A stretch of DNA of 63,815 nt, counting the filler, from Octopus bimaculoides (lineage: Eukaryota): assembly GCF_001194135.2 (NCBI RefSeq). It is 7 parts of 7 records of this genome, joined end to end, with 100 filler letters (N's around TTAATTAATTAA, not from the genome) between each part and the next. Parts side by side here need not be neighbours in the genome. Positions count along the whole stretch, not along the records: positions 10,624 to 39,728 come from NC_068981.1; 6 more parts are not named here. The stretch is one strand, 5' to 3'. The position numbers and the translations under genes are program-made. The notes beneath the pieces were generated by a model. It saw nothing but the letters and a program-made list of their open reading frames with translations, was not told where the DNA came from and did not search any database. Shown here in pieces: positions 23,166-38,495 of the stretch (positions are counted from its first letter, which is position 1; the number at the start of each line of letters is the position of its first letter).

Positions 23166-25524
23166 ATGTGTACGTATGTATACACAAACATATATAATAA
23201 TTTTCGCTTCTCTGAGCTTTTTGTTTTATATTTTTGTTCCTTTAAGTGTGTCTTTAATATAGGTATTGTCTCATTCTCTCCAGCAACTTTCCATTGTAAG
23301 TAAACAAGTTAGACTAAAGCACTGAAAATGTACGTTTCTCAAACAGTGGAAAAATACCAAAACTAAATTTCCAACACTTTTTGTTATTGAGACCTTATAA
23401 CATGCGCAGCGAGTAGTTACAAGGCTTCTATTCGTACATCATTGTAGGAATTCTCAGAACAAGAACTAAGAAAAAGCAATAAGAAACCAAAAACAAAAGT
23501 AACTTTAACAACAATAATAAAATTAAGTTAAAAGGAAAGATATTATACAAAATGGCATCGATATGATAAAAATAATTGTATGCAATTTGATCATTTAAGA
23601 TTAAGTGTTTATATAAGGACAGAGAGAAGAAAGCACAAACCCTTGAGTACCTTGCACCTTTAATCTATAAAATACTAAAGCCTTTTGGTTAGATATAAGT
23701 TGAAAATATTAAATGGAGTCATTTTAACTTATATAGCGTAAGTGTGTGAACAGATGTCATTATTTCCAACCGATGATCTCAGAAACATATTTCTTTTTAT
23801 TATATTTGTGTGTGTGTATGTGGAGTGTGTGGGTGTAGTTAATGTCTACGAAAATTCAGTTTGGGGTACATCTGGTGTAAATATGTGAAGAGTGCTATGG
23901 TGGTTTCTTAAAGAGATATCGATTTTAAGATCAGATTAACTTGCACGCAACATGACATTTCTAAAACATTTAACAAATCGGACTGTGTATTGCACTTTCG
24001 TAGTTGAACAGTTTCTCTCTCCCCCTCTCTTTATATATATATATATNNNNNNNNNNNNNNNNNNNNNNNNNNNNNNNNNNNNNNNNNNNNNNNNNNNNNN
24101 NNNNNNNNNNNNNNNNNNNNNNNNNNNNNNNNNNNNNNNNNNNNNNNNNNNNNNNNNNNNNNNNNNNNNNNNNNNNNNNNNNNNNNNNNNNNNNNNNNNN
24201 NNNNNNNNNNNNNNNNNNNNNNNNNNNNNNNNNNNNNNNNNNNNNNNNNNNNNNNNNNNNNNNNNNNNNNNNNNNNNNNNNNNNNNNNNNNNNNNNNNNN
24301 NNNNNNNNNNNNNNNNNNNNNNNNNNNNNNNNNNNNNNNNNNNNNNNNNNNNNNNNNNNNNNNNNNNNNNNNNNNNNNNNNNNNNNNNNNNNNNNNNNNN
24401 NNNNNNNNNNNNNNNNNNNNNNNNNNNNNNNNNNNNNNNNNNNNNNNNNNNNNNNNNNNNNNNNNNNNNNNNNNNNNNNNNNNNNNNNNNNNNNNNNNNN
24501 NNNNNNNNNNNNNNNNNNNNNNNNNNNNNNNNNNNNNNNNNNNNNNNNNNNNNNNNNNNNNNNNNNNNNNNNNNNNNNNNNNNNNNNNNNNNNNNNNNNN
24601 NNNNNNNNNNNNNNNNNNNNNNNNNNNNNNNNNNNNNNNNNNNNNNNNNNNNNNNNNNNNNNNNNNNNNNNNNNNNNNNNNNNNNNNNNNNNNNNNNNNN
24701 NNNNNNNNNNNNNNNNNNNNNNNNNNNNNNNNNNNNNNNNNNNNNNNNNNNNNNNNNNNNNNNNNNNNNNNNNNNNNNNNNNNNNNNNNNNNNNNNNNNN
24801 NNNNNNNNNNNNNNNNNNNNNNNNNNNNNNNNNNNNNNNNNNNNNNNNNNNNNNNNNNNNNNNNNNNNNNNNNNNNNNNNNNNNNNNNNNNNNNNNNNNN
24901 NNNNNNNNNNNNNNNNNNNNNNNNNNNNNNNNNNNNNNNNNNNNNNNATATATATATATTATCTACGTATGTATGTATGAATGTATATATGTATGTAAGT
25001 ATGTATGTATGTTTCTATCTATCTATCTATCTGCATATATATATACAATTTCAAAATAAGGCGATTAAAATCAAAATAAGCAACAAGGATATCCAGAGAT
25101 ATTACAATACGATCGTATCAAGCAACTCCAATTTAATTGAACAATGCCATCATTAAATCAATTTAAATGCAGAGCAATCCACAGCTGCATAAAGACACGG
25201 AATATAAATAAATTAAAACAGATGGACGCTTTAGTATACTTTTACCTAAAATCTCCAAGAAGGTAAGGAGATAGACATAGAACATGCTGTCTTCACTTCA
25301 GCTTAGAAGCAACTAAGTTATCACGAAAAAAGACTTGTTACAGATTTTGTTTGCCACTGTTTTATGGTAGACTAGACGTCGAGTTCGGTAGAGTCGAGTC
25401 GTCGGAAGTGAGAGTTGAGCGGACGTCATAAGCACGTGCGATATAACATGGAAAGGTGAAACTAATTTTCTCGTTTTCTGAAAAAGCAATATTTTGAACT
25501 TACGACAATCTTGCATAATAGCAA

Positions 25525-25572
<48 letters not shown>

Positions 25573-25697
25573 TCGTGTTTATATGTATGTATGTATGTAT
25601 CTATATATATATGTGCGTGTGTGTTTACATGTATGTATGTTTCTATATATATGATATATAATACACACATCCAAACACACATACATATATATATATT

Positions 25698-26170
25698 TGG
25701 GGCTGCATATTGTTCCAGATCGTCGAGGGCTGGATGGAAGTCATGTAAGAGATGTGCTCAAAGGAAACTTGGACTTTACTTCGGAGTCTCTTTGATAGCG
25801 TTCTCATCCATGGGAGAAGTGGGATAGTACAAGGCGGGATTAGCATCGATTGGAGACGATACAAAGGGCCATAGAATAATCTATACTAGGTAAAACATTG
25901 TGGGAATACATCCGAAATGAGTTAATCCGAAAACAAGTCGGAGTGGGTAACGTGACTGTAGATTACAGAATACACAATTTCTGCTGAGCCATACGTGTCA
26001 GAAAACTCAGAGACACCAGGTTTACTCCTTCACATACTAAGTGATATCCAGCACATCGGAATATGCCACTCGCAAAGGCCTCCACGTCAATAGGAAGAGT
26101 GCACCATAATCGAAAACAATGGCGCAGTCAAGAAAGTATTGGAAGCGTATTGTAACCAGTGGTATATAAA
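25698..26170 (+). mobile_element. RTE-clade LINE, decayed C-terminal ORF fragment
   Basis: Across frameshifts: RAGWKS / RDVLKGNLD / LFDSVL / W.STRRD*HRLETIQRAIE*SILGKTLWEYIRNELIRKQVGVGNVTVDYR...DTRFT...*YP..R.MPL, matching the RTE pattern QRAMERSMLG.SL.EHIRNE.IR..SGV.DV...WYP. Confidence 0.8.
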
Positions 26171-29100
26171 AACATAAAAGTTTGACTAATAGAAGTGATG
26201 CAAATTATACATTATATAGATGTGTGTGTGTGTGTGTGCATGTGTGTGTATATCTGTGTGTTTGCATGCGTGTGTGCCTGTATGTGTATGCATGCATGTA
26301 ATATACTTCATTATTTTGTCAGTTATTCCTACAGTGGTACTAAGAAAATGTTCAGTATATTTGCTATCCTACAATATTGTTCGATGTTTATTTACATTTA
26401 AAGAACTATGTAATTGAGGGGTTAACATTCCAAGACATGGACGAATAAATGTCAAGATAAGCAACTGTGTAGAAAATATCTTAGGTTACTTTAGACCATG
26501 AGATGTATAACAGAGTGATTCAATTAGTCTTTAATTCTGGACATACATAAAGCATTGTTTATTTAGACTTTCTATTCACTAGCATATAAGCAAGGATACA
26601 GTATAAGTTAATACAGAAAATATTTAACATTGAATGCTTGTTCATATTCATAAAGGTACTAGATCGAAGACACTGAGACTGACAAACACATAAACGCACG
26701 CATACACGTTTATATACATACGTAATATACGTAACTCTATGTTGTCATATATATATACGTTTATATATAAACGTATGTATATATATATATATATATATNN
26801 NNNNNNNNNNNNNNNNNNNNNNNNNNNNNNNNNNNNNNNNNNNNNNNNNNNNNNNNNNNNNNNNNNNNNNNNNNNNNNNNNNNNNNNNNNNNNNNNNNNN
26901 NNNNNNNNNNNNNNNNNNNNNNNNNNNNNNNNNNNNNNNNNNNNNNNNNNNNNNNNNNNNNNNNNNNNNNNNNNNNNNNNNNNNNNNNNNNNNNNNNNNN
27001 NNNNNNNNNNNNNNNNNNNNNNNNNNNNNNNNNNNNNNNNNNNNNNNNNNNNNNNNNNNNNNNNNNNNNNNNNNNNNNNNNNNNNNNNNNNNNNNNNNNN
27101 NNNNNNNNNNNNNNNNNNNNNNNNNNNNNNNNNNNNNNNNNNNNNNNNNNNNNNNNNNNNNNNNNNNNNNNNNNNNNNNNNNNNNNNNNNNNNNNNNNNN
27201 NNNNNNNNNNNNNNNNNNNNNNNNNNNNNNNNNNNNNNNNNNNNNNNNNNNNNNNNNNNNNNNNNNNNNNNNNNNNNNNNNNNNNNNNNNNNNNNNNNNN
27301 NNNNNNNNNNNNNNNNNNNNNNNNNNNNNNNNNNNNNNNNNNNNNNNNNNNNNNNNNNNNNNNNNNNNNNNNNNNNNNNNNNNNNNNNNNNNNNNNNNNN
27401 NNNNNNNNNNNNNNNNNNNNNNNNNNNNNNNNNNNNNNNNNNNNNNNNNNNNNNNNNNNNNNNNNNNNNNNNNNNNNNNNNNNNNNNNNNNNNNNNNNNN
27501 NNNNNNNNNNNNNNNNNNNNNNNNNNNNNNNNNNNNNNNNNNNNNNNNNNNNNNNNNNNNNNNNNNNNNNNNNNNNNNNNNNNNNNNNNNNNNNNNNNNN
27601 NNNNNNNNNNNNNNNNNNNNNNNNNNNNNNNNNNNNNNNNNNNNNNNNNNNNNNNNNNNNNNNNNNNNNNNNNNNNNNNNNNNNNNNNNNNNNNNNNNNN
27701 NNNNNNNNNNNNNNNNNNNNNNNNNNNNNNNNNNNNNNNNNNNNNNNNNNNNNNNNNNNNNNNNNNNNNNNNNNNNNNNNNNNNNNNNNNNNNTATACAT
27801 ATATATATATACACATATATATATATACACATATACATTCATACTTACACACACACGCAGACACAGATAGATAGATAGATAGATAGTTAATAAATAAAAA
27901 AAAGCCTAAATGCAATAACGGAATGCACAGAAAGAGTTAAAAAAAAGAACTGACAGCTATAGAAAGGCTGAGAATGGGTTAAGCGAAGCAGATTCCTGTG
28001 TGTGTGACTGAAAGTATATGTTTTACATATCTTCGTGTGTGCGTGTGAGTTTATATATGTATATATATATATATAGCCATAGATACATACACACATATAT
28101 GTACATATATATATTTATATATATATATAATATATGTATATATNNNNNNNNNNNNNNNNNNNNNNNNNNNNNNNNNNNNNNNNNNNNNNNNNNNNNNNNN
28201 NNNNNNNNNNNNNNNNNNNNNNNNNNNNNNNNNNNNNNNNNNNNNNNNNNNNNNNNNNNNNNNNNNNNNNNNNNNNNNNNNNNNNNNNNNNNNNNNNNNN
28301 NNNNNNNNNNNNNNNNNNNNNNNNNNNNNNNNATATATATATATATATATATATATGCGTATATTTTATGTACCTATCATAAATACATTGTATATGTAAA
28401 ATATGTTATACTTAGGTATTTATGATGAACACACACACACACACACACGTGCGTGTGCACAAATATATATCTACATATGTATATATGTGTGTGTACACGC
28501 CTGTAAGTCTACGTGTGTTTGTATGTATGCAAAGAAACGACGGAGAAATAGAAAAGAGTTAGGAAGGAAAATATTGAGGCGGAGAGAGTGGGACCATGGG
28601 TAAGATAGAGAGAGAGAGACGTAAAACACGTTGGGTGTGTATAGCTTGCACCGGCGTTCGGAATCATGAGCAGGAGATGAATATTAATAAATATAATAGT
28701 ATCTTGTAAGAAAAGATGTCCAATTCCTCCGAGATCGAATGATGCCATAAATATTTTATACTTTGAAGCGTATTTAGGCTAGAAAAAGCGCAAGAGATTG
28801 ACAAGTCATGTGGAATATAGAAAATATTCAATTGTGAACTTGAGGGGAGGAGAAGAAGGAAAATAAGTTTGCTGTGACCCAGATTTTATAGTTGACATCT
28901 TCTATGTCCATTTTGTGCCGTATATCACTAAGTTATCAGAATTTATTTCCTCTACTTTTTTTTGCTTTTTTTTTACTCTTACTACTTTTATTTATATTTC
29001 GTTTTCTTTAAAACACTTTGAAGTTCTTTTTCATGGCTTATATGAGTGTTTTTTTTCTTTCTATCTATATTTTTTTTCTTTTTCATATTTCAGGAAGGTT

Positions 29101-30139
29101 TATCACCTCATTTTACGCTGTCAAAATACTTCTTACATTTTTGCTGTTTCAACGCATTAATTTCATAATTTTACGTTGTCATCATACTGACACCTTTAGG
29201 GTATGTTCACATACACAGATACGAATATATACATACATATTCTACGAAATAAAAACAAAATCGATAATGTGATATAATATCTACATACATATATTTCTTG
29301 CGTTTTCTGTGAGCGTATGTGTGCGTGTCTATAGGTATACACATATATACTTAAATACTGAGAGAAAGAAAGAGATAAGATGTATGTATATTTATAAATG
29401 CATGAATGTATGTGTAAGTAATTTATCAATACCCTCATATATGCTTAAATGTGTACATGTCACTGGATGATTGAATGTAATGCGTACATGAGTTGTATGT
29501 TATATAAAATGTACATACACTCACATGCGCACACGCACGCACACACATGCACACACACATACACACACATATATATGTAAGTATATATCTGTGTATTTTA
29601 ACATGTATGTTAGTGGTAGTAGAATATTTTTGACTGCCTATGTTATGATTTTGGCGCGGAGATTGATGGATGGCATATATGGAAGTAAATCGTTTTATTA
29701 AAGCGTTCCTCTAGACTTTTATGTGTGTCGGAGGAGAGTTACGATTATAAACTTCTTATTAGTGAAGTGCTTTGATTTATGTCATCATTCATATAGGAAG
29801 AGAAATAAAGTAATGCAGAATGTGAGGCACACGTCTGTGTATATACGCATACATCTATATTGAAGTACATATATGTATATGCGTGTGTGTGTATGCATTT
29901 ATGCGTGGACATATATGCATGCATAAATATGGTAATATATATATATATACAATACATATATCGGATATATGTGATTCTATGCTTAATATATGTATACACA
30001 TACGCAGTGTACACACACACACACACACATATACATATACATATATATATATTTGTGTATGTATTTATATCTATATATATGCATGGTTGCATACGTACAT
30101 ATATACATGCATGCATGCATACATACATACATATATATA

Positions 30140-30171
<32 letters not shown>

Positions 30172-31348
30172 NNNNNNNNNNNNNNNNNNNNNNNNNNNNN
30201 NNNNNNNNNNNNNNNNNNNNNNNNNNNNNNNNNNNNNNNNNNNNNNNNNNNNNNNNNNNNNNNNNNNNNNNNNNNNNNNNNNNNNNNNNNNNNNNNNNNN
30301 NNNNNNNNNNNNNNNNNNNNNNNNNNNNNNNNNNNNNNNNNNNNNNNNNNNNNNNNNNNNNNNNNNNNNNNNNNNNNNNNNNNNNNNNNNNNNNNNNNNN
30401 NNNNNNNNNNNNNNATATATGTATGTATGTATTTATGTAATATTAGAAATCATGCTAAACACAATTATATAATTTGTTTCTACGAACGTTTCACATTTTG
30501 AGATGTTTGGAACTCTGCATTGCATGTTCCAAGAGCAAATGGACGCTTAACCACAACGGATCATTATGGAACATTTTATTACCTTATGTTAGAGAGAGCT
30601 AATATATATTCTATTTTATATATACACATACAGTCATGCACATACACAGTCATGCACATACACACACACATATGTACGCTTAGACACACATATTAAGCTA
30701 TGCAATCATAACTATGATGGAGTCTTACTTTAGAGTTTGAGGTATAAGCGTCTAGTTGTTCTATCAACTGGAGTCACTACGAATTTAATTTGCGAGCGAA
30801 ATAGTTAATTAGGTATTTCTAAAGATACAGGTACATTTAAATTTATTCTTAGGTACATTGAGCATGACATAAGTGTGCGAATTGGGTCGAGACTTTTGAA
30901 TTACATGTACATCTATTTGATGGGCTTCTACACCATTTCAGTTTCTTCATTTTTACTTACAAAGTTTGTGTCGATCCGAATCTCCGAGGAAGGCAATTAT
31001 CCATGTTACCATACACTTTTATTGAAAGTATGTGAAGCGATCTTTTTAAGCGGGACATTCTTTTCCCCCACATTCACACAAAACCACACAGAAACAAATA
31101 AACAAACATACGTAGTCACACACGCATACATGTGCGTATAGATGTGATAGTTAAATCAGCAGTCATAGCTTCTGCGTGGACTGGTGATTGTAAGTGTAGG
31201 GATTAGGGACTTTACTTAACCTTCTGAGAGTGGAGAGGAGATGGCCAGTGGTAACAGCCGGCAAAGTAAATAGTTACGAAAACTGAAAAGGTATCACAAT
31301 TTGAATAACGGAGAAACACGTTATACACATGTTGTTTTCTTATACGTA

Positions 31349-31349
<1 letters not shown>

Positions 31350-31434
<85 letters not shown>

Positions 31435-31443
31435 CACACACAC
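31350..31443. repeat. (CA)n microsatellite
   Basis: Directly visible. Confidence 0.98.
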
Positions 31444-31831
31444 ATGTATATATACACATATAAATACATATATATATATGTATGTATCTATATGTGCGTA
31501 TCTGTGTGCATGTGTGTTTGTGTGAATATGTATATATGTATGTATCTATTTATCCATCTCTACACACATGTGCGCGTAATCACACACACACACATATTGT
31601 ATGTGCATATATACAGGGAGGAGAGAGAATGAGAGAGTGAGAGACTGAGGAAGTATTTGTAAATAAATTCATCTGAGTGCTTATAAGTATTTCTGCCACT
31701 TTTTGTCGAAAAATGAAATCTTTAGTGCATTTCAGTTTGAATATATTATATTATCGCAGAGATTTCTTCATCAATGTTGTTAGGGTGTTTCTGTGTAAAT
31801 ATACACACATGTGTGTATTTGGATTTGACAG

Positions 31832-31902
31832 GATCGATTAAGGTAGGAGCTTATCAGAGTAGAGCTCCATTAATGGCTATACGGTTGATCATAAATCAAC
31901 AG
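31832..31902 (+). other. Candidate 71-nt exon of an unidentified gene
   Basis: tttgacag acceptor and CAG|GTAAGT donor; one open frame (G)SIKVGAYQSRAPLMAIRLIINQQ. No family recognised. Confidence 0.2.
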
Positions 31903-33103
31903 GTAAGTAATGCAGGAGGTGTATTGGCCCTTGATAATTTGCAACTGCAATGCTATCCAGAGTTGAAAAGAAAACTCCTGCGTGGTGTTAAAGCAGCAAT
32001 AAAAACAACCGAATGGATTATGTATATACTATAGCTATAATAGGAACATTCGCAGTTACAGTTAATCTATTTTCTTGGAGCGACAACCGGTTACTGTTAT
32101 GCGTTTACTATTAATTTTGATAGCCTTAGTCCATATCTCCGAAATTACCATTTAAAAGCTATAACTCTAAGTTTCCAGTACTACAATTAGTATAATTCTA
32201 TATCTCTATTCACTGGGTACATATTATGCTAATAACTTCTTATCTGTGCCTAATATGCACTTTTGTTTGGTTTTGCCTAAAGCAGTCTCACTCTCTTTCC
32301 CTTTAATTGCTGTTGCTTGTGCTATTGTCACCTTAGGTATTTCTAACAAATTATATTTTCATTCTATTTCTTAACTTCTTGTTTCTTTCCTTTATACTTT
32401 CTCTCCCTCTCCCTCCTTTCTGTTAAATGTCTACGGTGCTTTTAGAAATCTTCACTGAGTAACATTTACTATATAATAATCTTCAATATATTTTTTAACT
32501 AACACTTATGTCTTCTCTTTGGTAATGTTCTATTGTGCTGGTTACATGTTATTAAATATTTTATTTAAAATAAATAACGCAGCCTATATGCCTTCTACAT
32601 ATTCCTTAAAATAAAATAAGATAATAAAATTGGATACATAGTCTCTTTACTCTCCGTCGCTTGCTTCAAATGACTGACTAATTACAGTCGGCGCCACTGA
32701 ATGTAGTTCACATTCGCTTACTCTACAGTGTATCGCACGATCATTGAAAGTTTGAGATAGGAATTGCTGCTTATTCTCTGTATTCTGTATATTTTGTTTT
32801 TATTAATTTTTGGTCAACAATTCCTTATACGTTTGGCCACTCCCTTTTTCACAGCCTACTTCACCTGACAAACCTACTGAACAACCTACGCTTACATTTA
32901 GATTCACGCTTACATTTCTAGAGTGTTGGTTTTCTTGATTTGATCAGTACAAGCCGTTGGGCTACTCTGTTCATTGGTACGTCGATATTTGCTCTTATGA
33001 AACAAGTACAGCCTGAAGATTTGAAAAGTTCTCTGTTGTATTCCCCATCATTCGATGTGGTTAGCCTGAACCTGGATCATATCAGAGTATTAATAAGCTA
33101 CCT

Positions 33104-34118
33104 GTCCAGATTCAAAATCTCTATTCCTTACGTTACACACACGCGCGCTCGCGCGCGCATATATATATGTGTATATATACATGCTCATCAAGCGACGCAT
33201 GAGTACGATAAATGATTTATATATAGAGAGGAACTATTTGCGAGACTTGGCACATCTTATAGATGTTGCTCTACATACATACCTACCTGTACGATGTTAG
33301 CGAAACGGTTATTCTTTATCTCCGTAGAGTGATTCATATTATGTCCCACTTTATCCGTATAGTTATAATTGCTACCAATCATATTATTGCTATTAAAACA
33401 CATTAGGACACTTACACAGCAGAAACACAGGCTGTAATAAAATCTAATGTAGGGTTTCTCAACCATTTTTTATCGATGGACTCCTTTTATTACTATTTTA
33501 TTCTGGTGGCCCCCATATTTTTATACAAACTTCTTTCAAATTTCCCATTTTGTTTTCCACACATTAACTTGTGTTGGTTGAACTATGTAAAATGTTAGAG
33601 AAAGAAAACTTTCTTGCAATACACATCAATACATACATCTAAAGTAAGTTTTTTCAGGGGTCCTTAAAATACTATTGTAGATTCCCAATTTACTATTTTG
33701 TTGCGTGGACACCCACAAAATCTTATAGGGACGTCAGGGGCCAAATGGACCTCTGTTGGGGACAACTGATCTAAAGAAAATTTAATGCAGAAAATACTGT
33801 AATAAACAACTCTTCTTTATGATGTCTTGATATTCTGCATGCGGTATAAAGTTCAAGGAAACGAACTTAGGATTACCTATCGGGTGAAGTATCGTGTAAT
33901 TGTTTATCGTAGACAATTCAATGTGTAGACAATTCATTCGATGTCGTTAGCCAGAAACTGGATAATAGCAGAGTCCGGATTCCAAATCTCTATTCCTTAC
34001 GTTATATATATATATATATATGCTATTCAAGCGTCGCATTCATACGTTCTTACGACGCATGAGTACGATATATGATTTATATATATAGAGGAACTATGTA
34101 CGAGACTTAGCACATCTT
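33104..34118 (+). repeat. Direct repeat pair (33104-33258 and 33973-34118)
   Basis: gtcc.gatt.caaatctctattccttacgtta...cgacgcatgagtacgata.atgatttatatata.agaggaactat...cgagactt.gcacatctt is present twice, ~865 bp apart. Confidence 0.85.
33450..33768. mobile_element. hAT (Charlie-like) MITE with 8-bp TSD
   Basis: Ends tagggtttctcaacc and tgttggggacaactg are degenerate CAGGGGTTCTCAACC-type TIRs; flanks atctaatg (33442-33449) and atctaaag (33769-33776) match at 7/8. Confidence 0.75.
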
Positions 34119-37100
34119 GCTGTTAGAAGTGAGCACCCGTGAACTAATAATACAATAACATGCTATTATTTAACGCAAACTACTGTTTAAAAGAAAGAAT
34201 TTGTAAAAGTGTCTTTTTGTTTGAGAATATATCTTTGTTGATGAAGCATTATTGTAGAACTTTACAATTATCGTTCGCTTGTTATGGAATAATAGTCATA
34301 AAATATCTCTCAACGTTACATAACCAAACTGGACTTTCAAAATGAATGTAAATTTAATAGAAAGCGAAAAGCGAAGAGGAAAACAACATGAAAATTAAGA
34401 AATTGAAAAAGTGGATCCCATGCAAAGATCTAGAATGCTAAAGAATGACAAATAAGGTAAACAAAACTAATAACACCTAGCCAATTTTAAGAGTGTATCT
34501 TCCATCTATCTACTGGAGTGATTGTTAACTCATTTTAAATACATGTCTGCTACCAAGAAAATGGAAGTTTAGAAGCATTTTAGTAACCTCACTCAAGAAA
34601 TAATGATAGTATTTAGCAAAAGAATATAGCGAAAATGTGGCTAAAATTCTAATCGTATAATTTTTCACTATACAATTTTACAAGAATTCCATCAAATTTC
34701 TTCATGTAGACAGCATTATAAATTAAATTGTATTCTTAAGTTTTCTTGCTTTAAATATGTATGCTAATTTTTCTCGTGATTAAAATTATCTTTCTAATTT
34801 ATCTTTTTTTACAATTCTATAGCCATTGGTATATAAAACTGATGCAACATACTAAACAAAACAGTACACTATACTAAATCGTGTTAAATTGATATTAACA
34901 ATAGTATTATTATGTTCACCGTGTCTAACCAAATATTTAATAACATTAACAGTATTATATCTATTTTCGCAAATTGATATTGTCGTCGTTCTAGCGTAGC
35001 TTTACTATCTAATGTTTGTATTGTTGTGTAAGATTTCAATTTGGTGAATTTGAGAGACTAAATGATTCCACTATGTAATTGTAGTTAACTACTTTGAATG
35101 ATAATTGTAACGAAAAATGGAATAATAAGAAATATACACTTGACAATCTACGTCCAAGTTAACAGTCAGTCTTCCAAGAAACTACAACTTGAAAGCATAA
35201 AGATAAATCAAGACAATATTTGCTTCTCTATATGGTCAGCAATTGTACTAGAAATAGCTGCTAGATATCCTCCAAACCTATCACAATCACTAAGAGACGA
35301 TGTACTATGTAACGAAATATGCCGTACATTATTTCTGATGGAAGAGTCATGGTGGGAAAATATTTGATAACACATTGGCTGAAAGAGAACTAATTTCTAT
35401 CTAGGGAAAATAATGAAATAAAAGCGTAATAAACTATTTTAAAAGAATTACAAGGCGACAGTTTGACAGAAACAGAAGCAGTTAATAATTAAGAGGAAAG
35501 GGAGAGAGGGAAACACCTGCAAAGATGAATGGCAAAGTCGACCTTGGCAGAATTTTAACTCAGGACGAAATGCCGCTAAATGATGTTTCATTAAAATCTG
35601 TATATTCTAAAATTTATTATGAGACTCAAAATATTTCATGTATCTAAGGTAAGACACACACACACACACACACGTATGTATGTCTGTACATGTGTGTGCA
35701 AGTATTTANNNNNNNNNNNNNNNNNNNNNNNNNNNNNNNNNNNNNNNNNNNNNNNNNNNNNNNNNNNNNNNNNNNNNNNNNNNNNNNNNNNNNNNNNNNN
35801 NNNNNNNNNNNNNNNNNNNNNNNNNNNNNNNNNNNNNNNNNNNNNNNNNNNNNNNNNNNNNNNNNNNNNNNNNNNNNNNNNNNNNNNNATGTATATATAT
35901 ATAATATATGTATGAATGTAAATAATATACATACATACAAACAGAGAAACACACACATACATATGCAAGCATATATACCTTTTGTATAATCCATATATTT
36001 CGGCGAGCATTTGTAGTTAATATTAAGCACGGTTTGGATCATGAGATGATTCGTATTTCTTTGAAATGCAGTATTCACAGTGTTACCCGGTTTAAAAATG
36101 ACATAAAAATATTTAATATTATTCATAAACTATAAGGTAATAATAATCTTCAAGTGAATGCCAGACCTATATCCGCAAATATTGCAAGATCATAAAACAC
36201 GAAAGCTATTATTACACGAATATACTGGCGATGTGTATTATTGATTTCTCGCATTAGTATACAACCACATATCAACTTATGATTTAGTCGATTCAATCGG
36301 ACATACCATAATGTTATACTTGGAAGCTATAGTCTATTAAATCCATTCCGGTCTTCGATTGGTACTTCATTCTATCGATCACTGGAAGTTAAAAGCCATA
36401 GTTGACCTCGGCAGTATTTGTGGTGAGAAAATGAAGGACCGTAACTAAATATACAAATGCATTTTGCTCTGCTACTACCCAGACTCATCTTAGTAAATAC
36501 TATGTAGAAATAGTTGATTACATAATAATACCCAAGCAAGGATATGTACTTGTATTATTACAATATTACACCGTCTCGCGAATGAAGTATTATGAAGAAA
36601 CTCGTGTTTGTATTAGAAATATAGCAATAGACAAATACTAATAAAGAAACGAAATTGAACTAGTGAGTGACACTCACGATATACAACGAAAGCTGTTTCA
36701 ATACATAATTTCACAGCAAGAATTTTGCCTACCAAAAAGCAAAAACTAGTTTATGTAATAACTTTGACATTCATATTTTCAGAATTTTCAGTTTTGCAAT
36801 GCTTTCAGTACAGAATTTAAAAACATATTTCACACAATTTTGTAGAAACTTCAGTTGTCGTTGAAAATATATCATCTAGTTTAGAGTTAATGAGAGCTGA
36901 AAACATGGCCAGCTTACATATAGCAGGTAGGTCTCAATCGAATTGCATCTTACCCTTTTAAAAGAGAAATGTCAGATAACGTAGTCTTAGTTATACTAAA
37001 AAAAGTGGCAAACTTTAGTATGTAACGGCCTAAATCATTGGATTGTTGAAACAGAACTGACCTCGGGTTAGGCAAGTACGTCAACGACATTGATTTCAAG

Positions 37101-38460
37101 AAATCATGTATGACGCTGTGCCTGAAAATATGCATCTTTTGCTGGGATTTGATCTCAGTTCGTGAAAGACCAGAACAAACACTGTAAGGCGTGTTGTCCG
37201 ATGCTCTAACGCTGCTACCATTCTATTTTTACAAGATGAATAACACCAATTGTTTTTGATTTAGGCACAGAGCTGGCAAATGTGAGGAGAAATGTGTTAG
37301 GATTATCACATCGACCGCAATACTTCTCTAACGCCGAAGTGAGGAAATCCAAATATAACTTATGCTGAGTAGAAGTGAAAACATTAAGAATAAGAATAAA
37401 TGCTGCAATCCATGTTGTAAGATGCCGAATGATTTTAACAAGTCACTGCTCTAAAATCTACAACTACATCACTCTCATAATGAACAACAACAATAATAAT
37501 AGCAAAACTGATTTCGGTTATAATACAATTGTCGTATCAACATATGGCATAAATTTAAACATCACATCTAAGATTCTTTTGAACTTGCTATTGCTTTTTA
37601 ACAAACAGCAAAAATGAATTTATAAAACAGACGATAAATTGCAATTAGCGAAATTAATGACTTTCCTAACGCCTTTTACTAGGACTACAGAAGGGAACTA
37701 CACATAAGTAGGAACTTAAACAGAATCACATTGTGACTCACAAGAGGATTCTACGTGTGCTACAACAAACATTGTTTAATGTGTTAAAGGCAATAATACA
37801 CACACACACACACACACGCGCGCGCGCGCACACACACACACACACTCACACACATACAGACTTGTATGTGAAATTTTACACTGATCGGCTTTGGTGCGAA
37901 TAAAATCCGTTTTGTGTTCAAGGGAATATTTGTTCAGTCTGCGATTTAAATAAATTTCAAAAATGGATAAATAAATTCAGTGAAGGGAAACTTGTCATAA
38001 TAATAAGAACCTATGATCATTTTTATAGTTTTTAAAGAATAGCTGCTAAATACAAGCTCGAGGGACATAATAACGAAAAACAAAATGGAGCAAAAGTGTT
38101 TTGAAACTCCGATTTAAAACACGTAAAATCAACAAAACTTCGGTTTGCTTTATTTAATGTTACTTCATGTTCCAGCACTTAACATTTTATTATCAAATCG
38201 TGATTATGCACACATAAATAAATTTATATAAACAAACCGGAACACAAACTCGCATCCTATCAGATGGAATTTAAATTCCCCGAGTGGAGTGAATCATAAT
38301 ATAATACTCATACATCCATCCATACCTACCTTTATATGCATCTGGAACTGTGCATACGCGCACATATTTATATATATCTACACATCTTATATATACACAT
38401 ATATGTATGCATATGTATGTATATGTGTGTGTACGTGTGTGTGTATGAATATATACATGA

Positions 38461-38495
<35 letters not shown>

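Noticed and set aside
37798-37858. (CA)n(CG)n(CA)n potential Z-DNA tract (similar at 16440 and 33135)
   Set aside because: Common in this microsatellite-rich genome; no evidence of a specific role.
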